DNA from: the human T2T-CHM13v2.0 reference genome, Homo sapiens
Assembly: GCF_009914755.1 (NCBI RefSeq)
Contig: NC_060938.1
Strand: one strand, 5' to 3'
DNA length: 64,000 nt
Shown here: positions 24,723 to 39,089 of the stretch, piece by piece
Layout: every line of letters begins with the position of its first letter
Numbering within the stretch: position 1 is the first letter of the stretch
The notes under the pieces: generated by a model
Told to the model about the DNA's origin: nothing
Database searches by the model: none
Seen by the model: only the letters and a program-made list of their open reading frames with translations
Position numbers and translations under genes: made by a program

Positions 24723-26009
24723 CTCTAGGCAAAAGGCTGTAAGCACACAGGGACAGCCTGTGACTAGAGGGGCCTCAGCAGGAAACAGCCCAGAGAAGTC
24801 ACTTGGGGCCTGCCGCAGTGCTTCCAGCTCAGGGGCAATGCCTGGCACACAGTAGGTCCTCAGCAAACTGGTGCCAAGCCTCCGTTGTACAACAGGGCTG
24901 TTGCAAGATACTCAAAGGATCTAGGTGTCAAAATGCTCTGCACTGGGCAGGGCTAGGGCCCTGTCAGACCACCGTCCCTTGGCCTAGGAGGCCACAGTGG
25001 GCACCACCTCCGGCCAGGCCATGGTGGGTGGCTGTTTATCTGTGTGTCCACAGCTGCCTACCAGGCATATTAAAGGCCATGAAATAAGGATGAGGCCTAG
25101 GAGGGGTAATTAAAGCCACGGTGACATTGATCTGCTGAGATTTCTGAGAGAGCCCAGAGCACACAGGGTGATTCTCCATCTTACCTCATGCAGGCCCAGC
25201 CTGATTGGCCCCCTGGGCATTGCTGGGGCCAAGGAACCTCACCTGTGGCCGGGAGACTCCCAGGGCAGAGCCACGCTGGCTTTAGAGGCTGTGCAAAACA
25301 GGAGGCCTGGGCCTGGGGGGCAGCCCAGCTGCTGCGCTTTGCCCTGAGAAGGCAGGAGCAGGCCAATCTATTAAAGACACAGGTCCCCATTCTCAAAGGT
25401 CTCGAAAGTTAACCTCTTCCCCTCCTAGGCCCAGAGACTCAGCCAGGTAGAGAACCTGAAATGCTCCAGGGTCATGCCATCTGCAGGGCAAGTCCATCTT
25501 TGCACATTGGCCCAGATGCCCACAAAAAGGTTGCAGTCTGGATGCAAATTAAGTCAACAGTTAATTCTTGACCCTCTACCCTGAGCTAGGAAGGGTGCTT
25601 ACTTATAAAAATAGGAACATGTAATATTTTCTTGCAATAATAGTCTTTGCAAAGATGGACTCTTTGATCAGAACAATAATTGCATTCTTACTGTTATAGT
25701 TACCGATCAGTGTTTCTTTGTGATCATTTTAGCTTCAGTTTTACAATTAGCATAATGAGTGAAATTAATTAATGTATGTTCAGAGTCAGAAAGAACCAAC
25801 ACTGGCTTTGGTTTTACCCATGACTTGGGCAAATCATTTGAGCATATTGTGTCTTCATCTCTCTATTGATAAATAGAGATAAAAGTAATCAGTGCCATAG
25901 ATTGGAAAGGATCAAATGAAATGATTGCAAAATCACGAGCTTAGGAATCCTTAGTTCATTTGCTCCCTAGCTATATGTTAGATTCTTTCTTATACTTAAG
26001 ATTATTACC

Positions 26010-26095
26010 TCCTCACAGTCCTGTGAAGTGGTCATCAGCCACGCACTTTACAGATGAGAAAACTGAGGCAGCAAATCCTTTCTGAGCTGTGATTC
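26010..26095 (-). mobile_element. MIR core fragment
   Basis: cctcacagtcctgtgaagt...actttacagatgagaaaactgaggc. Confidence 0.7.
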
Positions 26096-27229
26096 CATAT
26101 GAGGAGACTCCATACCCACCCCATCTCAGAGGGGATTACTGAGGAGCTCACGCTGCAGGAAGCCCAAGTTATTTTTTGTCTTCCAGCTGCTAAAATCAGA
26201 CAAGTAGAAGGCAGGTGCCCTGCCTCAAAGCCTGCGATTGCCTTCCTTCCTGCCTGCCCATGAACTGGCATGCACTGTACTTCGTTACATCATTGCAGCT
26301 TCTGGTCTTCCTTTGTGAAAACCTGGCCTGTTTTTTGCCCTCTTCCTTCGCCACACTGGTGGGGGATGGGAGCTGCCCCTCTGATCTTTGCACTGTAAAG
26401 GAAGTAGCAGCAACCCTATCAGATGGGAGGAGGGAGAAGTTTTCTTGGGGCCTAGAAAAAAAAATAGCCTGTCTCCCACACAAGTGGGGCACCTGCGGTG
26501 AGATCGCCGGTCTAAATATAAAGAGATGCTTTTTTTTCTCATGAGCTGTCTTGAGTGGTGTGAAAGATTCTTCCAGAATTTTGGAGAAGACATACCTAAC
26601 TAAAGTCCTAGAAAAAGCCCTGTCTCCTGTGATTTCTACCTGACTCTACCCTCTGTGTTTCTAAAGAGGGTGGTGCATGAGCTTTAATAGTGGAGAGCTG
26701 TGCACTGGCTGGAGGGTGGGAAATGCACATCTGAACACTGCTTCACATTAAATGCACTGCATTGCAAAGACCCTGATTAGAGAAAGGCTTGGAGAAATAA
26801 GTTACCAATTGTTGAATGCCCACGGTCTATGCGTCTGCTTACTTAATGTAGGTTTAATGTGAGTGCCATGAAGCCTCTTCTGGGTAATAGCAATCTTAGG
26901 CAACATTAGGGAACACTTACTGTGCATCGGTCCCTGGGCTGATCTTTTATTCCGGCCAAGGGGCCTCCCTAAGAAGAGTTTAGGATGACTGCTATGCACA
27001 TTGAGGTTGGGTGACACACCCATGAGGGCATCACCCCAAATTAAACCTGGCCAGGCTGACAGCAGTCTGCCCTCAACAACTTGGTTGAAGAATGTTCTCT
27101 GCTTTCCATGCATGCCCTACTTGTGAACAACACCTAATTGATAAAGTGAAACTGTGTGTGGTTCTTGGTTGCCATATGTGTGGTCCACCTATGGAAAAGA
27201 AGAAAGACCTTCTCTTGAGACTTATTCTG

Positions 27230-27556
27230 TTCCAGCCTATAATCTTATAGTCATGATTCCAAAGAAGTTTTGCAAAACCAAAAGTAGTTTTTATCATTAA
27301 TCTGGTGGTAAAACCTGACCTGAACTGATAGAACTAATATAAGGCTATTTATAGTCTTTATTTTTCTCATGTAATGTAAACAGTCATTTATTTCACTGCA
27401 AAAATGTTGTGTTCTATCCCTAAGTGCTGTCCTAGACTCCTCTGCAAGATGCTCTACGATATGTAATTATGAGACATATTATTTTAAATGTACCAAATTC
27501 TGATTTCTAAATTACATGTGGTTTCAAAGGTTTCTGAAAACAGATCGTGGGCCTGC
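27230..27556. mobile_element. Old TcMar-Tigger-type non-autonomous DNA transposon (same family as 48121-48465)
   Basis: aaacctgacctgaactga...ggctatttatagtctttattt...tttcactgcaaaaat...aaggtttctgaaaacagatcgtgggcctg; collinear with the 48.1-kb copy. Confidence 0.6.
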
Positions 27557-28679
27557 AAACCAAATCTGTAGTCCCACTTTGAAGGTGTATCCTGTAGACA
27601 CCCTTGGATAGTGGCAATTATAGGGGTCAGAGAGATCGATCAACCTCAACCCTAATTCTCGTTTATGAAACTAAAGTCTGTGGCATCCTCAGCCAAACTG
27701 GAACTCATTAGAGCCTCAGGTTGCCCAGTTACAAAGAGGAAAACAGCACCAGCTTCCTTGCAAGGTTTCTGTGAGATTATATACTTAAAGGTTATTCATG
27801 TATTGGCCATTGGGACACTCTAAGGTTGTCCATATTTGCAGATGTTCTTTGTAATGAATTTCAGAGTCAAGCACAAAGATGTAGTAAAATTTTCACCTCT
27901 TCCAAATTTGCTGTCCTGTGCTTGGAGTAGGACATGGCCCCTGGGAGCTTGGGGCTGGGGAGGAGGTAACAGCCCATGAAGACCTGCCTAGGTCAGGGCA
28001 ATTAGCAGGAGCCACCAAGACCTTCTCAGTATTAATTAGCTGTCCCTGCCCTGGTGCTACAGAGGATTTCCAGGCCTCTGGAGAGCCCTCAGGGATGTTG
28101 CCACTCACAAAAGAGCTCAGCTCTGACCATAAGAGCTGAGTAAATAGGATGAAGCTTGGCTTCCAAAGGGCCAGGGGCTGATGCAAGAAGTATCTCTCTG
28201 TGCGCAGGTGAGAGGCAGACTCTGGAAGGATGAAGTGCGGACAGTGGGTGGAAGGACTGGGGCCTGGTACCTGCATGCTCAGCCTCCCTGTTTCCACTCT
28301 GATGTGGCTAGTCTTTCTCCTCTCTGTTTCTTCCTTTTTTTTTTTTTTTTTTTTTTGGTTTCTGCTCTGATCTCTCTGTTTCTCTCCTGCATTGGGCCTC
28401 TCTCTAACCTGCTTCCTTCTACATGTCTCTGTCTACGACCTTGCGGTTTGGTCCCTGTCGGTCTCTCTCTAGGCCTTTCTCCCTGTCTCTGTGGCTGTCT
28501 CTTCTCACATGCATACTCCAGGGCATTCTACCCTCAGAGCATAAAGCTTAAGTCATGTGGCGGCTGATGGTCCCTACTCTTCCACTGAGCCCATGGTTCT
28601 CTCCAAAGAGAAGGTGATTCATAGAGCACAGGATAGCTGGCATTTTCTGGGTGACAGTTCTATTATATTTCAAACAGAA

Positions 28680-29060
28680 ATATTTATTCAACAGATATTT
28701 ATGGAGCACCTATCACCTGCCAGACACTGTGGATGCAATAGTGAACAAGAGAGGAAGTCTTTGCTCTAATGGTGGGCTGGGGAAAGGCATTATATAGAGA
28801 CGTAAATGAGACCCGGCATTTCAGGTGATAAGTGCTCTGAAGAAAAATAAAGGCAGATGATGGGATAGAAAATGCTGGGGGCAGGGGAGAATGATCACTG
28901 ACAAGGGAGCTTTGAGGTGTCCTGAGCGAAGTGACAAAGTGTGTTGCTAACCAGGAAAGAGCTTCCCAGACAGAGGAAAAGAGAAAGTGCAAAGACCCTG
29001 CGGCAGAAACCTGCTGGGTGTATTTAAAGATTAGCCAAGAGTATGCAAGATGATAGAATA
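28680..29060 (-). mobile_element. L2 LINE 3' fragment
   Basis: tttattcaacagatatttatggagcacctat...ccagacactgt...gataagtgctctgaagaaaaataaaggcag...caaagaccctgcggcagaaa. Confidence 0.8.
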
Positions 29061-31479
29061 AAGGGCCAGAGAAGCTTAATATTTTCCCATTTGATCTTTG
29101 CAATCTTTCTTCTAGAGAGAGGTCATTAGCCAAATGTGGATCAGAAAATAGAAATTGTTGGACACAAATCACAGAAATTTCAAGTTAGTTACTAAGGTGA
29201 GATTCTAACGAAAACCTACAAAGAACAAACTGCCTTCCACAAGGCTTTACTAGAGCTGGGGGACTTAGAATGAAGCTGTAAGCAGCAGCCAGCTATTAGG
29301 ATCTTATTCAAATGGAGTGGCATAGGGACAGAGCAACTGTCCCAGCCTCCAAAGTCAGGAACAGCTACCACAAGTGATAATCCTGAAAACTCTGGCTTCT
29401 AGGAGGAGGCGAGAAACAGCATGAGGATAGGTTGAAATCTGAACCCCAAAACAATTGACCACTCACAACTAAGGAAACTGGGGCTCAGAGATGTCAAGCA
29501 TTTCATCCAAGGCCCACAGCCTGTGAGCAGTGAGATCTAAATTCAAATCCTTCCCCTTCACCTTGTTGCATGGTACTAGCGTACAAGTGTAAAATGAGAT
29601 TGAAAAATTCAAGCAAAAGGATGCCAGAGAAAAATACCATTTTTCTCCTAGTATTTGAAACACGCCTTTAATTTGGGTTGAATGGATTTGTGAACCATCA
29701 GCAACAGCATTTCATTGACAAAGACTATTTTCCACCAAGAAAAAAAGAGGGTTATTATTTTAACCTCCCACCTCATTCATTTTCTAAAAAGAGTGAAACG
29801 TGATTTTGAAAGAAGAATTACATACATTGATATCACATGAGTGGGAAGCAGAAGCCGTCAATGAATCATCTCCTTTCTACAACTCTCAAATCAATCCAGA
29901 CACATGTCAGGTTGATGTCCATGGTGTGGGACCATTTCCCTGATTGGATCTTCACTTAAGGTGTGTTGGCATAAGGGAGAGAGGAGAGTCTCTGGCACCT
30001 TCACCTTCAATATACAGTGAACATCCACGATAAACTCAGTCATAGAAACATTCATTCACTAATTTATTATTTTATTCTTTCTCTTCCTTCCACTTTTGCT
30101 CATTAAACAATGTACTGTGTACCTACTGGGTGTTGAGTCCCCTGCTGCCTATGGAGCATCCAAAGACCAACAAACTACAGTCTCTGCATTTTATTAAATT
30201 GGGTTTATTTATGAGAAACAAGGCTGGGTTCCTTTCCTTAGGGAACTCACATTCTAGTGGCAGCTGGACAACTGAAGACACTAGAATCCAGCCTGAGGTA
30301 AGGGTCAAGTCAAAGGTAGGATGGGAGGAGTCAAGGCTCTGTACCAGGGACCTGAAGACATGAGTGGAGAAAAGGTTCTACTTGCCCCCAGACCTCAGTG
30401 GGCTGCCTTGGGGTGCAGGGGTACAGCCTTGGTCTGTGGGGCTCAGGGGGGTCGGAGCAGGACAGAGAGCCCAGATGACAGAGCATAGTGTTTGTCAGAG
30501 GGGATGCAAGAAAGGACACATGCATTGCTCTTTGCATGGAAATATTGATTATTTGAGACTCTGAAACCCAGACTGAGTCACATCCTCTGGTAGGAAAGCC
30601 CCTGCCCCAGTCCCTCTCTGGGGTTCAGCCAAAACACTGGAAACAGATGAGGGGCCCCAGCACAGTGATCACACTTGCCAGGATTTTTGTTCTGACCAGG
30701 TGTGCCCCATACAGATTGTTGAAGTTGTATTCTGACTCTTGGGGCTTTCTAAAGACTTGAAAACCAGATTCACCTACAGGTGAGACTGCTACGGAGTATA
30801 CGGATCACAGTAACAAATTGCTGTGCGAAGATCAGGAGAATGGTCAGGTTCTGGTCTCTAGTGTCCAGTTAGATAAGAGGCTTTGGGCAAATTACATAAC
30901 CATTCTAAGTCCAATCTTAGTTCTCCATGAATAGAGGACCATTACTCACTCCACCTAAGTGCTATTAAAAATGAGTCGGGCTATGTTCAAACAATTTGTA
31001 GTCTGTCATATATAAATATGAAAAAGTAGCATCATCTTAAGAATTTATTGACGTAGTCACACCTAATATATATGTTCATGAGCATAAATAATATTTGGAT
31101 ATCTATATGTAGTATTCTATATGCCGGTATATGCAATTGGATTTAAAATGGGTCTTAAAGTACTATTTTAACTCTCATAGCTTTCTGATGGCCCCGGAAT
31201 CAAATTAGTCAAAGGCCATGATTGCCACAGCGAAAGATAATTTTAGGAATGATAAGAATTGCAATACCAGTTAGTACCGGCTTGTTAATGAAACTTCAAA
31301 GTTGAAACCAAAGTGGGATCTGCAGATTGCCCCAGAGAAAAAGTCCTGTGGTTCTGCAAATCTTCTTTCTGTCTTTAATGAATGCTTAACCTCCCTGCAC
31401 TTGAACTTGGGCATCATGGCCAGTAGTCAATTTTCACTCTAGTTCATGTATTTTTTTTTTCCTTTTAATCCTGAAAATC

Positions 31480-31860
31480 TGTAGCCATGTCGTCAACTCC
31501 TTCTTAATTATACCATATTCTTTACATCTGTCCTGCTAAATAACTCTAATTGAAATAGCACCGGCGTGAATTTTTGTAATGTTCCCCCCAAGACATCCCG
31601 AAAGTGACTCACGAGAAAACAGACTGAAGTCACAGCTGGAAGCACGTCAAGGATCATTTCCATTTTTACATGATTAATTTGAATTTAATATCTTAAATCA
31701 AAACCTGATTAATTTAAATAAAATTTTGATGGTGCCCTGCTTCTAATATACATTGCAGTAATTAGATTCGGCTTAATGTGGGTTTTTTTTACATAATTAA
31801 AAAAAGGAAGAAGTGAAGTGTAACAATGCAATGTTGATACAAATCTGTCTAAATATATAT
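31480..31860. promoter_or_regulatory. Candidate homeodomain-rich CNE / enhancer
   Basis: TGATTAATTT twice (31671, 31706), further TAATTA cores, SOX AACAATG (31822-31828) and CpG retention. Function is inferred. Confidence 0.4.
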
Positions 31861-32911
31861 AGGGGACTGCGGTTCTGGACATTAGGTAAAGAGAGGATAG
31901 CTAATTGAAAGGACTTTAGTGAGCTGAGAATAAGCGTGACTATTCTGGGCTCATCCCATATCTATAGCAAAACATCTGATTCTATGATCAAAAGCAGAAA
32001 AACTTTTTGTTCCAAGCAAGTGATACCCACAGTGGGCCCTAACACCAAGAAGCAAAGCATGGACTTGATGCTATCTTCAAGCGCAAAGGGTCATTACTCC
32101 ACTTGTCAGACATGGATAGAGGCCCCCCTATGTCCATTGGTCCCGGACAGAGCAGGTGCCGACATTGCAGACTGACATAAGCATCAGCTCCAGTCAAGCA
32201 GGGACACTGTATGGACTGTTGCCAGCCCCCATCTTTGAAGACATAGCCTCTGGGCCATCCCCAGAGGAGCTTGATTTGCACAACCTGCCCCTCTTGAGAA
32301 AACGAAATGAATCTGGGTTACCAACTTTCCCCCAAATCTAGACTTCTGTTTAGCCCAATTCCAGTTGGCCTAGATGCATATACTATGAGGTCCCCTAGAA
32401 ATAAACGTGCGTATCCAGACATCATGACTGAGTGATCATATTCCAAAGAGATCTAGCCCAAAGTTCTTATTTTATAATCAAAAGGAAGCAACCTGATCAA
32501 AAGAGTCCACCCACTTACAAACACAGATTCTGAACAATTTTTTTCTAAACCAAGTCTTGACCCTAATTTGCCAAGTGACCCTAGACAAGAATGTCAACCA
32601 CTATGGAAACTACTTGTCCGTGAGGAACTCACTCCACCAACCCCAGTCTAGAGAAGGAAGGCTCAGAGATCCTTCCTGAACCAGAGACCTGAGGTTGCTG
32701 AGCTGAGCAGTATACCAGATTTCTCAGGTGGGCGCATCTGATGGAAGGGTCCCGAGTGGCTTCAGCCAAAGCCACTGTTCTCAGTGAGCTCCAGGGCCCA
32801 TTCTTCACTAGCTTAGGATGTTTATGGACTTCTGTGAAACTCAGAACCAATGATGGTGAAGGAGGCGCATGACTTGATGACAGAGCAGAACACAGATAGA
32901 GACCGACACCT

Positions 32912-33003
32912 TTATTTTACATTCCATGTTTAAATGAGGTCATGCAGTTTTCGTCTTTCTGGGTCTGGCTTATTTCACTTAGTATAATGTCCTCCATGTT
33001 CCA
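32912..33003 (-). mobile_element. L1MA-type fragment (inverted segment)
   Basis: Reverse complement reads tggaggacattatactaagtgaaataagccagacccagaaagacgaaaactgcatgacctcattt, an L1 ORF2-end/3'UTR motif. Confidence 0.8.
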
Positions 33004-33039
33004 GGCCCCTCCACATTGTCTAACCACACACACATGCAC

Positions 33040-33515
<476 letters not shown>

Positions 33516-33827
33516 TATTTATTAAATTTTAATTAAAATTAAAATTTTATTAAATTAAAGGAACCTTTGGAATCGCCTGAGGAAAACAATTACATACTGC
33601 TGTATACACATGTACACAGAATAGTTTGCTTGTAATGGTAACAATTGCTATTATTTTCCCAACTTAAATGTAAAATTTCCTCCAAATTAATCAAAGATAT
33701 TTATCAGCTGCCTTCTATATGCATAATATTATGTACAGAGTAGTCTACACTCAGGTCTTCATAATTTAGAAACTGCAAAATAATGCTCTATACTGTAAAA
33801 CTGCTCATACCACAGAGACTTATTACA

Positions 33828-33962
33828 TTTCCCTTCTTCCTTCTTTCCTCTCTCCTCTTCTTCTGCTGTCCTTCCTTTCCTTACTCCCTCCCTTCCTTTC
33901 CTCTTTCCTTCCTCACTCCCTTGATCTTTTCCTTCTTTCCTTCTTCCTTCATTTATTTCTTC
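33828..33962. repeat. Polypyrimidine (CCTT/CT-rich) low-complexity tract
   Basis: Direct reading. Confidence 0.85.
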
Positions 33963-34829
33963 CAACAATGCAGTGCCCTAAATGCTCTTCCCTGAACGTT
34001 TGTCCAGGCGCTGTACTCTCCACAGGGCTTCAAAAAAGAGAGAAATTAACACAGGGCGTGCGTGTCTCTGAGGCTGAGGACACAGGGGCCTGGGAGGGTC
34101 ATTGAGGAAGACACTCACCAACATTTCTGTCTAATTTTAACTGGCCAAGTTTCACATTCAGTTCAGTTTCTATCATTTAATTTTTCCTCAAAGGGTTTGA
34201 TTTCAGTCCTCCACTGCGAGTTTTAGCCAGGAGCATGACTTTTGAGAGTCATTTAGAACACAGCTGTGCCTTGTAGCACAAAAGGGAGTGGAATCTTGAT
34301 CTCACACGCATTTGCACAGCTTAGTGTATGTAAGGGAGACGGTTTAGTCATTTGCTTTGAGCCAAAATGGACAGAACACACTTGAAAGTCACTTTCAGAC
34401 TTCCCTGCGGATTCCCTGTGGCATCTGCACTATCGAGTTACTGTAGCTGTCTACACTACTACTAATAATTATTATAATTATAACTGTTTCCAAATCCTGA
34501 CACCTACATATGTTGCATGCTGTGCTCACAATTTCCACACAACATCCCTGTGTAATGTACATTGTTCAAACCATTTTATAGACTTGGAAACTGAGCCTCC
34601 TGGAAATAAACAACATCACTGGGTTCCTATACTAGTTGGAACCAGAATCCAAGCTCAGCCTTGTGTACCCCTTGTTGGGCAGCTGGGCCAGGCCCCCTCT
34701 GTCAATCCAGGTACACAGATAAATGGCCAATCCCTTTGCTGGGGCCCAGAACACACTGACTCCTCTGCAAATGTTCACCTTTGAAAGGGCTTTGGTGAAG
34801 ATCAGCCAGCCTGTGCCTCACCAGCCTGG

Positions 34830-35050
34830 GCATCTTCTGACGCATCAGTTGACAGAGAAAAAGAACTCAAATAAGGAATTCAAGGAAATCACTGATTTAT
34901 TATTTATCACAAATGGCCTAACACAATGACTTTCTAATCTGACAGCTGGGACTTTTGATGGCAATCAACAATTTAATTTATTTCTAAATTTAGATTTTTC
35001 CTTTTTCTGCATCAAACACCAAAGCTGGCTAAAAATAGTCACACAGTGAA
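34830..35050. promoter_or_regulatory. Candidate PBX-HOX/MEIS enhancer element
   Basis: TGATTTAT (34893-34900) flanked by TGACAG at 34850-34855 and 34940-34945, plus ACAAT SOX cores. Function is inferred. Confidence 0.35.
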
Positions 35051-38000
35051 TGTTAGAGGGGAGAATTTTACCTCTTATGTTTCTTTCTTTCTTTTTTTTT
35101 AATGTCAAAGTTAAAGTCAAAACAAAATTAATCAGGAGGGGTTATCTATAATGAATCACCATGCAGCTCAGGAGGAAAGGGTCTAGGGGGAAGATATCTT
35201 TGCCAGCAGCCAAAGGAATGTTCTTTCAAAGAGTCACATTAGACTATAAGCTCCATGAGAAAGATTGCAGATCTTCCATATTCAGCAGCATGAATCAAAA
35301 CTCTTCAGCTCTAGTCTAACTTTCTTTTTTTATTATATAGCAGTGGGGGTTGGGGTTTGTATGGGCTGTGATTTAAATGGTTAATTGAAAGGAAGCCGTG
35401 GTGAGCTGTTTCTGGCTACAATATTACGCGACAATCTTATCTGAGCTTACAGAGTTATTTCCAATTTGTAAATGCTGTATGCATTTCTACCAGATAAAAC
35501 ACTTAAAAATCCCAGACCTGAGTAAAGTGACCTTGCTGTTCTAGAGCCTTCCTCACCTGCCCTTTTCTGCCTCTCTACCTCCTCCTGTTCTGATGCCCCC
35601 CACCGCAACCCCCACCCCACTCCTCCTCTTTCCTGTCTCTGCTGGGAAGTCAGGTCACTACTCAAGCCTCCCCCTTAGGCAAATAAACTTAGTCATAAAG
35701 TGGTGGAATGAAGTGTAGTCTTGCCTGTAAGACTCATTGGACAGAGGAGAAAACTGAGGGTCAGAGAGGGCCAGTGACTCACTGAGGTCTTGTAATGAGA
35801 GAGTAACATTGTTGGGACCAGAATTCAGGCTCTGTCCCTCCTAAGTCCAAAGTCCTTTGGGTGGCATAGAAATCCCCAGAGAAATTGCCCGCCATGACAT
35901 TCAATAAGAGGTTACATAAATTACATGTTGGAGAACCAGGCCCATTCGCCCCACTTTCCTGGCTACATCAATGTGATTTCACAATTCCAGGAAATCCTTG
36001 CTTGGGAAGAAAAAAGTTGTAAACACCTTTATTATTTATTCTACAAACTTCCAAGAAAACCCATGTAAAAGAACAACAAGCTATTCTAACTCTTCAATAA
36101 GTAGTGGTAAACTTGGAGTTTACACCCCACAACTCTTTGAAAATTTTCACCTCAAAATCTTCACCTTGCTACACCCACGACCAATCTTTAACTATTATCT
36201 CTGGACCCACTTTGATTCCTAATGAGAGAATCATACTGTAAGGCCCGCCTCAAACCAGCCACTAGAATTTCATCAATATCCAGTAAGATTCTAAGATCGT
36301 GCTTTCTGTGAGAGTCACTTGGTGTTGTCTTGTGGACAGGTTGTGTTTGAGGAGCTGGCATTCGACATGGGTAGAATATGGCACCATGTATGTGTAGTGA
36401 TGAAAGGATGAAAGGTCTGGATGATGAGCAACAGGAGAACTGCCAAGATGCAGCAGGAGGAAGTCTCCATAAAGCGGGCAGTCTCACTTCCAGAGCCACG
36501 CCCTAAGTCCTGACAGAGGGCAGACATGGCAGCTCTGGTAGAGAGAGGCGGTCCTTGCCCTCAGGGGCTCACAGCTCAGTGGTCCCTAGGACTCTTCAAC
36601 ACACAGCAGTAATGCCTCATGCCACATGGGGCATTTGTGAAGAGGGAGATGGTAGACCCAGAGGAGGGGTAGGTAAATTCTTCCTGTTAGATTGGTAAAT
36701 GCTCTTTGTCAGGTGATTTGACCCAACGAGGAGCATCTAGAATGAGAAGCTGGGAATGGCCTTCCAGGAACCGTGGCATAAGCTGCTTTGGGATCAAGTG
36801 TCTGCGGGACAGTCTAGGCACTGCTGTGTTCTGACTGACTGGATGTAGGGAAGTGCCTTAACCTCAGACATGTCAATATCTTCATCTGTGAAAAAGGAAA
36901 AATAATAATAGTACCCACCACAGCAGATACAGTGGCTCAAACATGCGAAGCACCGAAGAAAGCCTCGGTAGGGTAAAATACATTATCTTAGGAGTTTCAA
37001 TGTGATCCTAACAGCCTTCTGATTAAAGACCACAATCCAATGGCTACCCTCTCATTAGAAAATCAAGCATGGATTTCAGAGATCAAGTTCTTTCTGCCCC
37101 TAGCCGGCTGGGTAGAAATGACCCTGTCTTTTCTCTGTCTGAACCCGTTTCCTTGTCTAAAAGGTGAGTGCAGGGGACATAATGACCTCCAAAGGACTCA
37201 GTGGTCTCTCAATGCTGTCCCTAAAGCCCCACACCTCTGTAGCCCATCACCCGCCTCATCTTCTGGGAACATCACCTTTGCAAATTCATCTCTTGCCTGC
37301 GATATGAGGAATATCTCCAGCTTTGTTTCTCTATTATAATAGATGTAAATTAATGTTTTGCCTTTGTTTGCCGCGGTAATCATAGAGGCAAGTGTATATT
37401 CCTAACAGCTATCTTATTTTCAATTTGCAAAGCATACTGTGCTTAATCCCACGAGCCAGACCGTGGCTCCAGATATGAATTTTAAAAGATAATTAGCCCA
37501 GTGCAGGAGGTGCTCTCTGAGACAAGGAGCATGCACCAAAGCCTGGTCAGAGGGGTCCTTTGGGGGACCCTGTTGGGTCACAGATTCTCCCCCAACCCCC
37601 CGTGGTTTATTACTTTTTTTTCATCACTGCTGCCTTTGTGAGAATCAGATGATTTGTTCATGAAAATTTAAATCATGTTCATACTAGAAGCTGAAATTTC
37701 TTTTTGGGGTTGTTATTTGAGGATTCTCCCACCACCCTCCACCAATATTTTTTTATGATATTCATGGCAGGTGACAATTTATTTTCTGTTCAGTTATTTT
37801 TTTCTTTGTAACTCTAACTGAAAGAAAACACGAGGTCTGTGGTGGTTGTTTGTAATGTTGATGCCTATGGCAGATTAAGTGACCATCCATTAGAAAAAGC
37901 CACAGAAGGCCCTGGGTCCAAAAGATGAATGCCCTTCCCGGCTTCAACCATGGACTCTGCCTGCAAGAACTTTACCCCCAGCAGGAAGTCAGTTATGAAA

Positions 38001-38415
38001 ACAAGCACACATTTCAACGGGCTGAAGAAACATGCCGGTTTGCCTGTATCACAGGACATTAGCCGACCGTTCATTGCACCCAGGGCTGGCTTTGCTTTTG
38101 CTTGGCTGTCGAGTTGACACATGCACATGAGTGGAACCTCTGTGCCCAGCACGGTGCTGGGACTGGGGGGATGCACAGGTGAGCAGGTGCAGCCCACGCT
38201 GTCAGGAATGCCCTGAGAGCCTGGCAACACTCCCGGGACTCAAGAAGGCAGGTGGGATAAGAGCTACAAGAGAGGTGCTAATGGTACCACTGTTATCATC
38301 AAAGAGGGTAGAGTAGATTTCCCCTCACTGCGCATCTGGGACACCTTACTGGAGGAGGTGGCATTTGAGCTCGTTTTGATGAGATAGCATATATTTTAAT
38401 CAAATCATGTGTACC

Positions 38416-38476
38416 TGAATCAGGTAACTTATATTTTGATATTATGAATCAGGTAACTTATATTTTGATATTATGA
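38416..38476. repeat. Perfect 29-bp tandem duplication
   Basis: tgaatcaggtaacttatattttgatatta at 38416-38444 and 38445-38473. Confidence 0.97.
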
Positions 38477-39067
38477 TCCCTCCAGGAAAATAAAAACTAG
38501 AAGATGGTAATAGCTCACATTTATGGAAGGCGACCTATACAGCAAGCTTTTCACATCATGTCCTACGTATCTCATGAGGATGCTGAGATGCTCAGGGGCT
38601 CTGAAACATACCCGAGGGTTCACAGTGAGAGGGTGGCAGAGTTGGAATTTGAATCCTGGTAGGTTTGTTCCCAAAGAGACCCTGGCATATTGGATTATAG
38701 GGGCTATTCCTGCCTGACAGATCGGACAGGTAGTGGAAGGAGAAATGCAGCTCAGAGCCCCATTTAGGAGGCTGGTTGACTGCATCATAAGACACCCTCT
38801 GCTGAGGCTTGAAATGCATTGTTCAAAACAGTTTACAGCCAATTTTGGTTTGCCTCTGATAGAAGGAGCTGAACACAATTTTGATTATTTGCTTTAATTC
38901 AAATCAGGTTAACAAAATCAGTATATTAGTGCAATTTAAGGACCTTTTTCCCCCTTTATTACATAAGCTAGTGGACTTCCCATCTGATGTATGAAATGTC
39001 ACTTTGTCTTTAATTCTTGACGTTCACAAACACTGGTGCTACTGGAAAAGGAGTGGGAGTGAGCGTA

Positions 39068-39089
39068 TGTGTGTGTGTGTGTGTGTGTG
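39068..39089. repeat. (TG)11 microsatellite
   Basis: Direct reading. Confidence 0.95.
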
